From Ranitomeya imitator (Eukaryota), in the NCBI RefSeq assembly GCF_032444005.1, contig NC_091285.1, positions 424,390,001 through 424,454,000 of the forward strand: 64,000 nt of DNA. Direction: 5' to 3'. The notes under the pieces were generated by a model. That model saw only the letters and a list, made by a program, of their open reading frames with translations, was not told the origin of the DNA and did not search any database. Shown here in pieces: positions 21,552 to 34,611 of this stretch (positions are counted from its first letter, which is position 1; each line of letters begins with the position of its first letter). Made by a program: the position numbers and the translations under genes.

Positions 21552-21552
21552 C

Positions 21553-24389
21553 TACTTGCAGCATCCAGGGAGCACCAACAGGGTAGTAGGGCGGTTACTT
21601 TTGTTCCGCCAAGCCTGGCTCTGTCGTTTCCGACGAGTGGGTCAGGGAACTGGTGTCCACCGGATACAAAATAGAATTTTCTTCCCCTCCCTACGCGCTT
21701 CTTCCAGTCTTGCTCTCCAAAATCAAAGACAACAGCTCTTTTCCAGGCCATACGGGCACTTCAAAGGGACGGAGTCATCATTCCGGTTCCCCTAGACCAA
21801 AGGTTCAAAGGGTTCTACTCGAACCTATTCGTGGTCCCAAAGAAGGACGGATCGCTCCGTCCGATCCTGGACCTGAAACTGCTAAACAAATTTGTAAAAA
21901 TCCGTCACTTCAGAATGGAATCCCTCTGGTCTGTGATCGCATCCATGGAAAAAGGAGAATTCCTGGCGTCCATAGACATCAAGGATGCTTACCTCCACAT
22001 CCCAATTTTTCCTCCGCTTCGCATGTCGCGAAGAAAACTTCCAATTTGTGGCCTTGCCTTTCGGTCTCGCCACCGCCCCCAGAGTCTTCACGAAGGTCAT
22101 GGCGGCTGCCATGGCCATTCTTCATTCCAGGGGAGTGGTGGTACTTCCGTACCTGGACGACCTACTGATAAAAGGTCCTTCTTACCCAGCCCGCGAAGAG
22201 TCCGTCGCTCTCACGGTGGATACTCTTTCTCGCCTGGGTTGGAAGATAAACTTCGAGAAATCTTCTCCGATTCCGGCCCAGCGGATCTCCTTTCTTGGGA
22301 TGACTCTGGACACTTCTCGCGGTCTGGTCATCCTCCCTCAAGACAAGGCCTTGGCCTTGCAGCAGGGAGCTCAGTCTTTCCCATCCAGTCTCCTACTCAT
22401 CCGATTCAGCATGCGCATTCTCGGGCAGATGGTAGCAGCCATGGAAGCGGTTCCATTTGCGCAATTTCACCTCCATCCCCTTCAGCATGCGCTTCTGTCG
22501 GCGTGAGACGGCAACCCGTCCTCCCTCGACCGCCGCTTCATTCTGCCCCCACGGGTCAGAAAGACCCTCAGGTGGTGGACGTTGAAGTCCTCCCTAACCC
22601 AGGGAAGATCTTTTCTCCCTGTGCGGTGGCTGGTGCTGACCACCGATGCCAGCCTGATAGGCTGGGGGGCGGTTTTCAACCATCACACAGCTCAGGGGCG
22701 GTGGTCCACTCGAGAGTCTCGCCTTCCCATCAATCTCTTGGAGATACGAGCCATCAGACTAGCATTGTTCCAGTTTCACCACCTTCTGGCGGGTCATCCA
22801 GTCAGAATCCAGTCCGACAACGCCACGGCCGTGGCGTAAATCAACCGTCAAGGGGGAACCCGCAGCAAGACGGCTATGCTCGAGGTGTCCCACATCCTGC
22901 TCTGGGCGGAATCCAACCTTTCGCCCATCGCGGCGATCCACATTCCAGGTGTGGAGAATTGGGCGGCGGACTTCCTCAGCCACCAGGGCCTCACCTCAGG
23001 CAAGGGGTCCCTTCACCCGGAGGTTTTCCAGCAGATCTGTCATCGCTGGGGGACCCCAGATGTGGATCTCATGGCATCCACGTTGAACAACAAGGTTCCA
23101 CAGTTCTTTGCACGGTCACTCGACCCACGGGCCATCGGAACAGACGCCCTGGTCTTGCCTTGGCACCAATTCCGCCTCCCGTACATTTTCCCCCTCTTCC
23201 CCTGCTGCCGAGGGTCATCAAGAAGATCAGGGCAGAGGGGATGGGCATGGTACGCGGAACTAGTTCAGCTGGTCGCCGACGTTCCCTGGCGTCTTCCAGA
23301 TCACGTGGATCTTCTCTCACAGGGCCCGATTTACCACCAGAACTCAGGGGCCCTGTCTTTGACGGCCTGGCCGTTGAATCCTGGATTCTAGGCCAAGCGG
23401 GTTTCACTCCCAAGGTGTCTTCCACCATGATCAGGGCTAGGAAACCCGTATCCATGCGCAGTTACCACCGTACCTGGCGAATTTTCTTCTCATGGTGCGA
23501 TGCACAGGGGCGATCTCCCCTAGTATTTTCTATCCCTGCCATATTGGATTTTCTCCAATCTGGACTAGAGTCGGGACTTGCCCTTAGCTCTCTAAAGGGT
23601 CAAGTTTCGGCATTGTCAGTCCTTTTCCAGCGAAAGATTGCCAATAGATTGCCGGTGAAGACTTTTTTCCAGGGAGTCTCCCATGTGGCGCCTCCCTACA
23701 AAATGCCCTTGGATCCGTGGGATCTTAATTTAGTTCTCGGAGCCCTTCAGGAGACTCTCTTCGAACCGCTACAGGATGTTTCTCTGACCTTCCTCTCCTG
23801 GAAGGTAGTTTTCCTAGTGGCCATTACGTCCATCAGGCGGGTTTCGGAGTTGGCTGCACTCTCCTGCCGCCCTCCGTTTCTGATTTTTCATCCGGACAAG
23901 GCGGTATTGAGGACCTCTCCCGCTTTTCTTCCCAAGGTCGTTTCTTCTTTCCACCTCAATGAGGAGATTGTTCTGCCTTCGTTCTGTCCGGCACCGGTCC
24001 ACCGCATTGAAAAGGCTCTGCACACTCTTGATGTGGTAAGGGCTCTTTGTCGGTACGTCTCGCGGACGGCTCCCTTCCGCACGTCTGATGTCCTGTTTGT
24101 AATTCCAGAGGGGCCAAGGAAGGGTTCTCCCGCTTCCAAAGCTACTCTAGCTAAATGGATTCGGTCGGCCATTGAAGAATCCTATCGTGCCAAAGGTGTT
24201 CCTATCCCAGCTGGGATCAAGGCCCATTCTACCTGGTCGGTGGGCGCCTCGTGGGCCATTCGGCACCAGGCGTCAGCACAGCAGGTCTGCAAGGCTGCGA
24301 CATGGTCCAGTTTGCACACTTTTACCAAACATTACCACATTCATTCTCTGTCTTCTGCAGCCGTAAGCCAGTGGTACATGGGGTATTAG
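21553..24389 (+). pseudogene. DIRS2 RT-RNaseH-MT and overlapping YR (disrupted)
   Basis: IDIKDAYLH, YLDDLL, TDASLIGWG, SDNATAVA, DVDLMAS, TSIRRVSEL, AHSTW, FTKHY; several frameshifts and stops. Confidence 0.92.
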
Positions 24390-24734
24390 CATATTGCTCC
24401 CCACCCAGGGACTGCTTTTGTACGTCCCATGGTCCTGTGTCCCCCAATGAGGCGTAGGAGAAAAGGAGATTTTTGTGTACTCACCGTAAAATATTTTTCT
24501 ACGAGCTACTCATTGGGGGACACAGCACCCACCCTGTTAGCCTGTTTGGCTTGTTGTTACTTCTTGGTTTTGGACATAGTTTGTCATTTGTTCATGCTCC
24601 TACTGCTTTACTACCGAACTGGTGAAATTGTAGCCAGTGAAAGGGTGTATACTGCAGAGGAGGAGTTAATCTTTTTGTTTACTTAGTGTCATCCTAGTGG
24701 CAGCAGCATAACACCCATGGTCCTGTGTCCCCCA

Positions 24735-25149
24735 TCGCAGTCCGGGGCCTCCCATCTTCTTACGATGACGTCCTCTTCTTGTCTTCACACCGCAGCTTTG
24801 GCGCAGGTGTACTTTGTCTGCCCTGTTGAGGGCAGAGCAAAGTACTGCAGTGCGCCGGCGCCGGCCCTCTCTGACCTTTCCCGGCGCCTGCGCACTGCAG
24901 TACTTTGCTCTGCCCTCAACAGAGCAGACAAAGTACGCCGGAGCCATAGCGTGAAGATAAGAAGAGAACGTCATCGTAAGAAGATGGGAGGCCCCGGACC
25001 GCAGCGGGACCGCCCCTGGGTGAGTATAATCTAACCTCTTTCTTATCTTTCAGGATACATCAGGAGCTTATCTACAGCATTACAGAGGCTGATACCACTG
25101 ATGCCGGTGGGCTTAGCTCTACGATTTTGGGGGTGACAGGTTCCCTTGA
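24735..25149. mobile_element. Kolobok/T2-type MITE fragment (right terminus only)
   Basis: Ends GGGGTGACAGGTTCCCTTGA, nearly the same terminus as 3517-3537. Confidence 0.65.
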
Positions 25150-25586
25150 AAGAAGGAACATGTCAATACTTTTGTGCAGATCTGCAGCGTTTCTGCACCC
25201 TTCCATTATAGAAATACGCAGGGGTAAAAAAACGCATGAAATCCGCAACAAAAACGCACAAAAGCTGCAAGAAAAACGCAGCAAATATGCACCTGCGTTT
25301 TCTGCCAGGAGATGCTGATTTTGTTCAGAAAATTCTGCACCCAAATCTCTATACAGTGCTTAGGCAATCCCTGCATGTGTTGTGGCTGTTGAACAGCCAT
25401 GAGACATGCAGCTGTGAGGACTCGAACATATTTTTCGAGCGTTCCGAAGACACTGGGTTAGCATACGAGCGTGATCGGATAACACCTTATCTCAGCATGT
25501 TCTCTTATCATTACTTATGTGCTTGTTTGATTTTAGACTTGCTTATTCTTGCCGAAAGGCTGTAAAAGATACTTTCTTCTTTGCAG

Positions 25587-25642
25587 ATCCGTTGTACCTC
25601 AATGACCAACTGACATATGAAGACCTTGTGAGAAGAAATGTT
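25587..25642 (+). CDS. ncaph2: Condensin-2 complex subunit H2, internal exon (fourth from last)
   Basis: TTTGCAG|AT CCG...AAT GTT|GTAAGT encodes (D)PLYLNDQLTYEDLVRRNV, like vertebrate CAP-H2 YEELVRRNV; ends in phase 0. Confidence 0.9.
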
Positions 25643-26399
25643 GTAAGTGCAATACATCAAATTCTGTTCAGGTGGACACAAATTATAATTTCTCTGAAGG
25701 CCAGTGCCTTTTTTTTTCTACCTGTAATTTCTGGACATTTGAGAAGTTAAAATGTAAGGATCATATGTTGAATAAAAGTCTATTTTACATATATAGGTCC
25801 ACTTTTAGCAACGCCGATTCCTTTAGCCCAGTATTTAGATAAAATGTGGGCTTTGGAGATCCATTTCTTAAAGGAATTATCCAGCCTTCTAATGAGACTC
25901 TGCTATCATTTTCAAGCTGTTGGAGTACAATGATCAGCACCCCCTCCAATTAGCTGATTGAAGAGGCTGCTTCTTCATTGTTTACTGCAACTTGCAGACT
26001 ATTTGTCTGCATCGTACAATACAAGATTCTGCAGCAGTTCCACTGACGTGAATAGGACGATACTGCAATAACTTGTTTCGCGCTGTGAAATGTACAGAAC
26101 AGGCAAGTACAAACCAGGCTGCCTATTGACATTTATAAAAACTGAAAAGCTCTCACTTGCACCATGGCCATTTCAAACATCTGATCAGTGGTGGGTTTTG
26201 ATCTTAAAGCCTCCTCTGATAAAATATGGATTGGCTATTTTGCGGTAAGCCATGTTTTAAAAGGCTGAATAATACTACGAGCCCTGTTTTTTAGTGTAAG
26301 GATGTTTTTCATAATGGGATTTTTTTTTATATAATTTCTTGGGTGACATTTAATGTTGCTTAGAATACAAAGTGATTCTATTTTATTCTCTAATTTTAG

Positions 26400-26501
26400 G
26401 ATTTATTTATTGCAAATTCTCAGAAGTATGCACAAGAAACGGTACTCTCCTTGCGTGTGCGAGAGTGGGAGGATAAAATGGGACCACAACTTCAAGAACA
26501 G
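26400..26501 (+). CDS. ncaph2: Condensin-2 complex subunit H2, internal exon
   Basis: TTTTAG|GAT...CAG|GTATAT, 102 nt, [34 protein letters not shown]. Confidence 0.94.
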
Positions 26502-27566
26502 GTATATGAAGAATAGGCTCTTAATGCAAACGCGAATCAACATCAGCAGTGAATTTTAATTTGTTTTTAACATAATTAAAGCCGAGCACCCATCTCAATT
26601 TCCATATACCGTACACGATTTAATCGAGAAATCATAGATTGGATCCTCCACGTGGACCATCATCTAATGGGCCCAAGGGAGAGCTGCTTTACCTCTGAAG
26701 GACGTGTCTTAATCCAGTGTAATCAGTTAACATTCTAATTTCTTCAACCTACCAGCTCACCTGATGTGAAAAATGGTAAAATCCATGTTACTCTCTTCCC
26801 CTGCTCCAGCGCTGTCTCTCCATCACTGCTCCTTTACAGGATTCAGCGGTGAAGTCCCAATTACAGTGCACATGCGTGCTACAGCCAATCTCTGGGCTCA
26901 GCAGTGATCCTACTGTAGTCAAGACTTCACCATTGCAGCCTGTAATGCAGAGATGGCGCATGGGAGTAACAGTGATTTTACTGGCTTTACATAGGGTAAG
27001 CTGATGGAAAAAATTGAATGTTAAAAACGCTTACCCTCACAATTAAAACTGATCACCCACTGCTTCCAGATTTTCACAACTGTAATCAAAACCCGACAAT
27101 CAGTTTTACCTCATTCATGACATGTGCCATACATGTACAGTTCTAATAGGAAGCTGGTGTATGGAGCAGTCTCACTGGATTTGCCTGTAACAATGTTAAC
27201 CTGTTAAATGCCTCTGACAGCGGCATTTAACACGTGCCGGCATAGGGGTGCGTCATTCCATACGCTCATCGGTGGGCTCGTGACATGATCACGGGTCGCC
27301 AATTAATTGTTGTGATAGCCAGGAGTCTGTAGAAGACCTCTGTGTTTGTCATTACAGAGCTCCTTTGAAACCCTGCCAGTGACCGGGATTGAAAGGAGAC
27401 CGTAACTTCTGCTTTATACAGCGATGCCACAGCATTGCTGTATGTAACACAGGTGATCAGACCATCTCAGCCTCAAGTCCTCCCTGAGGGGACTAAGAAA
27501 GTTTTAAATATTAAAAAAAAAAAAAAAAAATTAAAAAAATACACCCTTAAAGTTAAAATTGCCCCA

Positions 27567-27774
27567 NNNNNNNNNNNNNNNNNNNNNNNNNNNNNNNNNN
27601 NNNNNNNNNNNNNNNNNNNNNNNNNNNNNNNNNNNNNNNNNNNNNNNNNNNNNNNNNNNNNNNNNNNNNNNNNNNNNNNNNNNNNNNNNNNNNNNNNNNN
27701 NNNNNNNNNNNNNNNNNNNNNNNNNNNNNNNNNNNNNNNNNNNNNNNNNNNNNNNNNNNNNNNNNNNNNNNNNN
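27567..27774. other. Run of N (208 nt)
   Basis: Directly visible. Confidence 0.99.
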
Positions 27775-28104
27775 AGTCCAACCAATCAAGATATAATTAA
27801 CCCAGCCGGTAAACACCGTAATTGAAAAGAATTCAATAATGCCAAAATTGTTGTGATGGACAATCGAATCGTCTCATCTATCGCAAAATAGCTTAAATTT
27901 AAAAAATTGTCCTGCCCTGCGAAAAATGTAGTCCCACAACCCCTTTGAGAGAAAAAATAACGGGTCTGGGACAGCATTTGATTTTTTATTTTATTTTTTT
28001 CAGCCACGAAAAAAAAACAAAAACACTGGACATTTTTTTTTGTATCTCCGTAATCGTACTGATGAGCAGAATCAAATTGCAAGGTCAATTTTGACCACAA
28101 TACA

Positions 28105-28911
28105 CAGAGTGGGATAAAATGTATTTAGTCAGCCACCAATTGTGCAAGTTCTCCCACTTAAAAAGATGAGGCCTGTACTGTACTATTTAAGCAGGGGGAC
28201 ACATCTGGCACTGCAGGATCCTGGCAGCGTAGTGTGTTACTGATGGTAGCTTTTGTTAACCTTGATCCCAGCTCTATGCAGGTCATTCACAAGGTCCCTC
28301 TATGTGGTTCTGGGATGTTTGCTCACCGTTCTTTTGATCTTTCTTTTGACCCCACGGGGTGAGATCTTCCGTGGAGCCCCAGATCGAGGGAGATTCAGTG
28401 GTCTTGTATGTCTTCCATTCTCTTATTATTGCTCCCACAGTTGATTTCATCACATCAAACTGCTTGCCTATTGCAGATTCAGTCTTCCCAGCCTGGTGCA
28501 GGGCTACAATTTTGTTTCTGGTGTCTTTCGACAGCTCTTTGGTCTTCACCATAGTGGAGTTTGGAGTGTGACTGTTTGAGGTTGTGGAAAGGTGTCTTTA
28601 ATACTGATAACAAGTTCAAACAGGTGCCATTACTACAGGGAATGAGTGGGGGACAGAGAAGCCTCTTAAAGAAGAAGTTACAGGCCTGTGAGAGCCAGAA
28701 ATCTTGCATGTTTTTAGGTGACCAAATACTTATTTTCCACCATAATTTGAAAATATATCTTGCCAAATCAGACAAGGTGATTTTCTGGATTTTTCTCATT
28801 TTGACTCTCATAGTTGTGGTCTACCTATGATGTCAATTACAGGCCTCGCTCATCTTTTTAAGTGGGAGAACTTGCACAATTGGTGGCTGACTAAACACTT
28901 TTTCCCCACTG
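28105..28911 (-). mobile_element. Tc1/mariner element, internally deleted
   Basis: TIRs (TTTAGTCAGCCACCAATTGTGCAAGTTCTCCCACTTAAAAAGATGAG and its reverse complement), TA after 28911, and a transposase N-terminal HTH fragment MVKTKELSKDTRNKIVALH...STVGAIIR at 28552-28283. Confidence 0.92.
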
Positions 28912-29162
28912 TATACACCATGAAAACAATGTCAGAATTCTCGTTTTCCAGTACACTATGTGTTAAAATAAATGGTGTCATTGAAAAGTACAACATGTCG
29001 GCAAAAAAAGCCCTCATATATCTGTGTGGACATAAAAATAAGCGGCGTTGTTCTTGAAGGACAAAACGGAAATTGGGCCCTCGTTGTGACTTGTAAAGTT
29101 CAGTTTCACTGACTTTGGTATAGTATTAGAATGAAAAGATCTTCTTATGTATTGCATTGCAG

Positions 29163-29312
29163 GAAGACAGAGGAGCCTTCGATATTCATGATTATGGAGA
29201 CCGTCTAGTGTCACAGTTTAGTAGGGTGGGAGAGTGGAGATCGTTTGCAAGTCTAATGGCCAACAGACAACCCTATGAAGTTTGCAGATACATGCTGGCA
29301 TCTTTACAACTG
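29163..29312 (+). CDS. ncaph2: Condensin-2 complex subunit H2, penultimate coding exon
   Basis: TTGCAG|GAA...CTG|GTAAGT, 150 nt, [19 protein letters not shown]...[13 protein letters not shown]. Confidence 0.96.
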
Positions 29313-29413
29313 GTAAGTGAGCAAAGCTGATCTTATTCTTTGATATTGCTGTGATCCGATATTAATGGACTTGCATAGATCTGCAGGCTGAACTGGGCAA
29401 TATTTGTATAGTA

Positions 29414-29828
29414 CCGTATTTTCCGGGGTATAAGTTGACTTTTTAACCCCTGAAAATTGTCTCAAAAGTCAGGGGTCGTCTTATACTCTGGGTACGTCAC
29501 ATTCACGTGACCGCGACATCATCGCAGGTCCTACGCTCAATGCATCCTTAGGAACGGAGGCCACCGCTGAGAGTCGGGGGCCGTCGGAGGGTAAGTATAT
29601 CCATATTTTTTTTTTTTTAAACATGAATATGGATCCCAGGGCCTGAAGGAGAGTCTCCTCTCCTCCAGATCCTGGGAACCATCTGCACCGCACACACCGT
29701 ATAAGATGACTGGACGTATGAGATGACCCCCGTCTTATACGGCGAGTATATCCCAAATTCCATATTTTATATGGAAAAGTTGGGGGTCGTCTTATACACC
29801 CATTCGTCTTATACACCAGAAAATAATG
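29414..29828. mobile_element. pogo/Tigger-like MITE
   Basis: TA-CCGTATTTTCCGG.GTATAAG ... CTTATACACCAGAAAATAATG-TA, with repeated GTCGTCTTATAC motifs. Confidence 0.75.
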
Positions 29829-30140
29829 TAATTATTTTTGGTAGTTCTGTGCATCAGTAGTACTGCAACACAAACAAGGAGTACACAACATTATCTAAAC
29901 CTTTAGGATAAAGATTATGAGCAGCTTACAGCATTATTATTTTACATGGCTTTTTGTTGTCAGACTATGAACTGTTGTTTTTTTTAATTTTTTCCTTGAC
30001 CATTATCCATGATCTATTGACTGACGGTTAATCTCTGGAGAATCAAAGTTCCCATTGGCTTCCCTGCTCTATTTGCATGGAGCACGTGGGCACAATGTAT
30101 TTACAAACAATGCAGTACTGACTTTTGTTTTTTCCAATAG

Positions 30141-30281
30141 GCCAATGATTACACAGTGGAGGTGTCCCAGAAGCCACAGCTGCATGAAGGACTGGATACA
30201 ATGGCTCTACGTCTTCTCAGTCAGCAGAAGGCACACGAGAGATTTAAGACATATACTGCTCCATCTGTTTCAGATCAGTGA
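30141..30281 (+). CDS. ncaph2: Condensin-2 complex subunit H2, last coding exon
   Basis: CCAATAG|GCC...[49 protein letters not shown]. The four exons join in frame into the CAP-H2 C-terminal kleisin domain. Confidence 0.96.
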   Translation, partial: ANDYTVEVSQKPQLHEGLDTMALRLLSQQKAHERFKTYTAPSVSDQ

Positions 30282-30688
30282 CAGTAAAGAAAAAAAACAG
30301 TTTATTGCACCTTCTTACAGCAGAGTCCATCAGTTTTACTAGTTTTTGTAACACAGTGATGCATAATTCAGCATGTGACGTGGCTGCCCCCCCAAAAAAG
30401 GCAATTACATTGCCTAATGGGACTCATTTTTCCCATGTCTTCTAGTGATGGAGGAGTCTTTTGTCTTTTTTTTTAATGCATTTCATTAGAGAAACAAGTT
30501 TTTATTACATTTATATTCTGTACATACTTTTTTTAACCCATATTTTGTACAGTTTCTTTTGGTCTACTGTACCTGTTTTTAAATTTTTGTATGTATAAAA
30601 TTAATCTATATACCCACTATTGTTTTTTTTTCTTCTCTCATTATGACATGGTAACTTTGAACATAGCTTCACATAGGAACCCTTTTAA

Positions 30689-33600
30689 CCCCTTCGTGAC
30701 TTGCGCCATACTAGTACTGAGCTTCAGGAACTGCATTTATGCCAGCCGCAGTACTAGTGCGGCACCGCGGTCTCATGGTGAGCGCTGCGGCGATCGCGTG
30801 CAGTTGTCAGCTGTATGTGAGAGCTGACACCCTGCAGCAATGCCCACGATCGGTGCTAGCACCGATCACGGGCATTTCACCCCTCTGATGCCGCTGTCAG
30901 TAGTGACAGCGACATAGAGAGGCATCGTGCAGGGACGGGGGCTCCCTGCACACTTCCTTCAGAATAATGCAATGGTCTCCATGGAGACCCTCGGATCCAA
31001 GAAGGCTACGGGGTCCTTCCGGGTCCTGCAGTGAGGTGGCCGTGCGAACGCCTGCTGAGAGCAGGCGCCGGCAAGCATCCTTCACTGCCTGTCAGATCGC
31101 TGGTCTGACACAGTGCTGTGCAAAGTGTCAGATCAGCGATCTGATGTAATATAGTGATGTACCACCCTGGGACAATGTTATAAAGTAAAAAAAAAAAAAA
31201 TTGGAATGTGTAAAAATATTTTTTTTGAAAAAAAATCCCCAAATAAAGAGAATTTTTTTTTTCCCAATAAATCCATTTATGTAAATAAAAAAAAAACAAT
31301 AAAAGTACACATTTGGTATCCCCGTGTCCGTAACTCCTCGCTCTAGAAAACTGCCCTACTAGTTAACCCCTTGAGTGAACACCATAAAAAAAGGCAAAAA
31401 AACTATGCTTTCATACCGCCGAACAAAAAGTGCAATAAAACGCGATCAAAAAGATGGATGTAAATAAAAATGGTACCGCTGAAAACGTCATCTTGTCCTG
31501 CAAAAAACAAGCCACCATACAGCTCCATGAGAAGAAAGATAAAAAAATATAGCTCACAGAATAAAGCGATGCAAAAATAAATTTTTTCTATAAAATAGTT
31601 TTTATGTAAAAGCGCCAAAACATTAAAAAAAATAAATGAGGTATCGCTGTTATCGTACTGACCCGAACAATAAAATTGCTTTATCAATTTTACCACACGT
31701 GGAACGGTGTAAACTCTGCCTCCCAAAAATCGGAATAAAAAGCGATCAAAAAATGGTACCAATCAAAATGTCATTTCGTCTCGCAAAAAAACAAGACCTC
31801 ACAAGACTCTGTGGGCCAAATTATGGAAAAATTATAGGTCTCAAAATGTGGTGATGTAAAAAATATTTTTTGCAATAAAAAGCATCTTTTAGTGTGTGAC
31901 AGCTGCCAAACATAAAAACCCGCTATAAATAGTAAATCAAACCCCCTTTTATCACCCCCTTAGTTAGGGAAAAATAATAAAATAAAAAATATATATTTCC
32001 ATTTTCCTATTAGTTAGGGCTAAAGTTAGGGTTAGGGCTAAGGTTAGGGCTTAAGTTGGGGCTTAAGTTGGGGTTAGGGTTTGGATTACATTTACGGTTG
32101 GGATTAGAGGAGGTTTAGGGGTGTGGTTATCGTTAGGGTTAGGAATGTGTGTTGGGGTTAGGTGTGGTTGGGATCAGGGTTAGGGGTATGTTCGGGTTAG
32201 GGTTGGAGCTAGAATTGGGGGGGGGGGGGAGGGAGGTTCCACTGTTTAGGCACAACAGGGGCTCTCGAAATGTGACATCGTATCCAATCTCAATTCCAGC
32301 CAATTCTGTGTTGAAAAAGTAAAAAGGTGCTCCTTCCTTTCCAAGCTCTGCCATGCACCCAAACAGTGGTTTACCCCCACATATGGGGTATCGGCATACT
32401 CAGGGCAAATTGGACAACAACTTTTGCGTACCAATTTATCCTGTTACCCATGGGAAAATAAAAATTTGGGGGCTAAAAATCATTTTTGTGGGGAAAAAAA
32501 TTATTTTTTTTATTTTCACGGCTCTGCGTTATAAACTTTAGAGAAACACTTGGGGGTTCAAAGTTCTTACAACACATCTAGATAAGTTCCTTGGGGGGGT
32601 CTAGTTTCCAAAATGTGGGAGGGTTCCTATGTGGTCACTTGTGGGGGGGGGGGGGGTTCCTACTGTTTAGGGGGTCATCAGTGGCTCTGCAAACGCAACA
32701 TGATGCCCGCAGACCATTCCATCAAAATCTGCATTTCAAAACGCCACAACTTCCCTTCCGTGCCCCGACGTGTGCCCAAACAATAGTTTTCTCCAACATA
32801 TTGGGTATCGGCGTACTCAGGACAAATTGCACAACAACTTTTGGGGTCCAATTTCTCCTGTTACCCTTGGTAAAATTCAAAATTGGGGGTGAAAAATCAT
32901 TTAAAAATATATATATTTTAAAATCACCACACATCTAGATAAGTTCCTTAGGAGGTCTACTTTCCAAAATGGGGTCACTTGTGTGTGTGTGTGTGTGTGT
33001 GTGTGGGGGGGGGGGGGTTAGGCACATCACGGGCTCTCCAAACGCAACATGGCGTCCGATCTCAATTCCAGCCAATTTTACATTGAAAAGTCAAACGGCG
33101 CTCCTTCCCTTCTGAGCTCTGCCGTGCGCCCAAACAGTGGTTTACTTGCATATGTGGGGTATCGGCGCACTCAGGACAAATTGTACAACTTTTGGGGTCC
33201 AATTTCTCCTGTTCCAATTTGTTTAATTTTACAAAGGGTATCTGAAGTAATTTTTTTGTGAAAAAGGTTAAATATTTATTTATTTATTTATTTATTTTTT
33301 TAATATACATTCCAAAAATTCCTGTGAAGCACCTGAAAGTTTAATAGACTTCTTGAATGTGGTTGTAAGCACCTTTAGGGGTGCAGTTTTTAGAATGGTG
33401 TCACTTTTCATCATTGTTTTGTCATATAGGCCCCTCAAAGTCACTTCAAGTGTGAGGTGGTCCCTAAATTTAAAAAAAAATGGTTTTGCAAATTTTGTTG
33501 TAAAAATGAGAAATCGCTGGTCAACCTTTAACTCTTATGTCCTAACCACAAAAAAAGTTTCCAAAATTATGCTGATGTAAAGCAGACATGTGGGAAATGT

Positions 33601-33790
33601 TATTTATTATCTATTTTGTGTGATATGACTCTCTAAGGGCATAAAAACCAAAAGTTTCAAAATTGTGAAATTTTCGCTAAATTTCTTCTTCCAGAGCGTT
33701 CTAGAGTTATAACCTCCTAAAGTGACAGTGGTCAGAATTGTAAAAATTGGCCCGGTCATTTAGGTGAAAACAGGCTTCATCTCAAAGGGG
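30689..33790. mobile_element. Non-autonomous piggyBac-type element (copy 2), about 400 bp downstream of the ncaph2 stop
   Basis: TTAA at 30685-30688 and 33791-33794, CCCCTT/AAGGGG termini, TTAGGG-like array at about 32015-32215, about 3 ~390-bp units. Confidence 0.9.
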
Positions 33791-33902
33791 TTAAAAATTC
33801 TCACAGATTTAACAAAGTAAACTAACATGACTACATAATGTCTAACCTGGCCAAACTATAAAAAAAACACAATTACAAGAAGTAGTTATAATTGATTACT
33901 AA

Positions 33903-34602
33903 TGTACAACCACAATTAGAAATAAAGTTGGGACTTTGGATAAAATGTAAAGAAAACAAGAATGCAATGATTTGGAAAAAACTTCTAACCATATTTTATT
34001 CAGAACAGAACACAGATCAGATGTTGAACACTAGACACTTCCATTTCATTTGAAAAAATAAAATACTTTTATAAATTTGCAGCAACACATCTCAAAAAAG
34101 TTGGGACGGGGCCATGTCTACCATTTATGTAGCATTCTCTGATTTTTACAACAGTCTGGGAATTAGGTAGATCAATCGCTGGAGTTTTGGGTGAGAAATG
34201 TTGTCCCATTCTTGTCTGCTGCAGGCTTCTAGCTGCTCAACAGTCCTGAGGAGTCTGCTGAATTTCTCATTTCATAATGTGCCAAATGTTTTCTATTGGT
34301 GAAAGGTCTGGACTGCAGGCTGCCAGTTCACCTGCACCCTTCTTCCGTAAATTCATGCTGTTATGGATACAGTATGGCTTAGGATTGTCTTGCTAAAATA
34401 TGCATGATCCTCCATGAAATACGTTGTCTAGATGTGAGCATATGTTGTTTTAAAATAGTTACTTATATTTCAAGATATGTAAGCTGCCCATGCCATAAGC
34501 CCTAATGCAACCACCTACCATCAGAGATGCAGGCTTTAATCTGTGCGCTGACAAGCTGGATGGTCTCTCTAGAGTCCGCAGGACACAGTGTCTGTGGTTT
34601 CC
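33903..34602. mobile_element. Tc1/mariner relic (left TIR region and decayed interior), truncated by DIRS4
   Basis: TA-CAACCACAATT...AAAAGTTGGGAC, with the motif repeated at about 34095-34106. Confidence 0.65.
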
Positions 34603-34611
34603 ATTAAGGTA

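Larger units (their letters stand above)
19054..24734 (+). mobile_element. DIRS element 2, near full-length, decayed, right terminal extension deleted
   Basis: ITRs at about 19070-19190 / 24617-24734, ICR at about 24425-24525, and gag, RT, MT and YR motifs with frameshifts and stops. Confidence 0.93.
18638..25350. mobile_element. Harbinger-like MITE (GGCTGTGTGCACAC terminus) whose interior hosts DIRS element 2 and a Kolobok fragment
   Basis: Starts after TTA at 18635-18637. The left arm (18638-19050) is homologous to 43656-44168, and related sequence resumes at about 25153-25350. Right end decayed. Confidence 0.65.
27195..29075. mobile_element. Older piggyBac-N-related relic in an ncaph2 intron, hosting a Tc1
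   Basis: Patchy similarity to copies at 30689 and 38748 (GTATCTCCGTAATCGTACTGA, AAACAATGTCAGAAT). Termini unclear. Confidence 0.5.
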
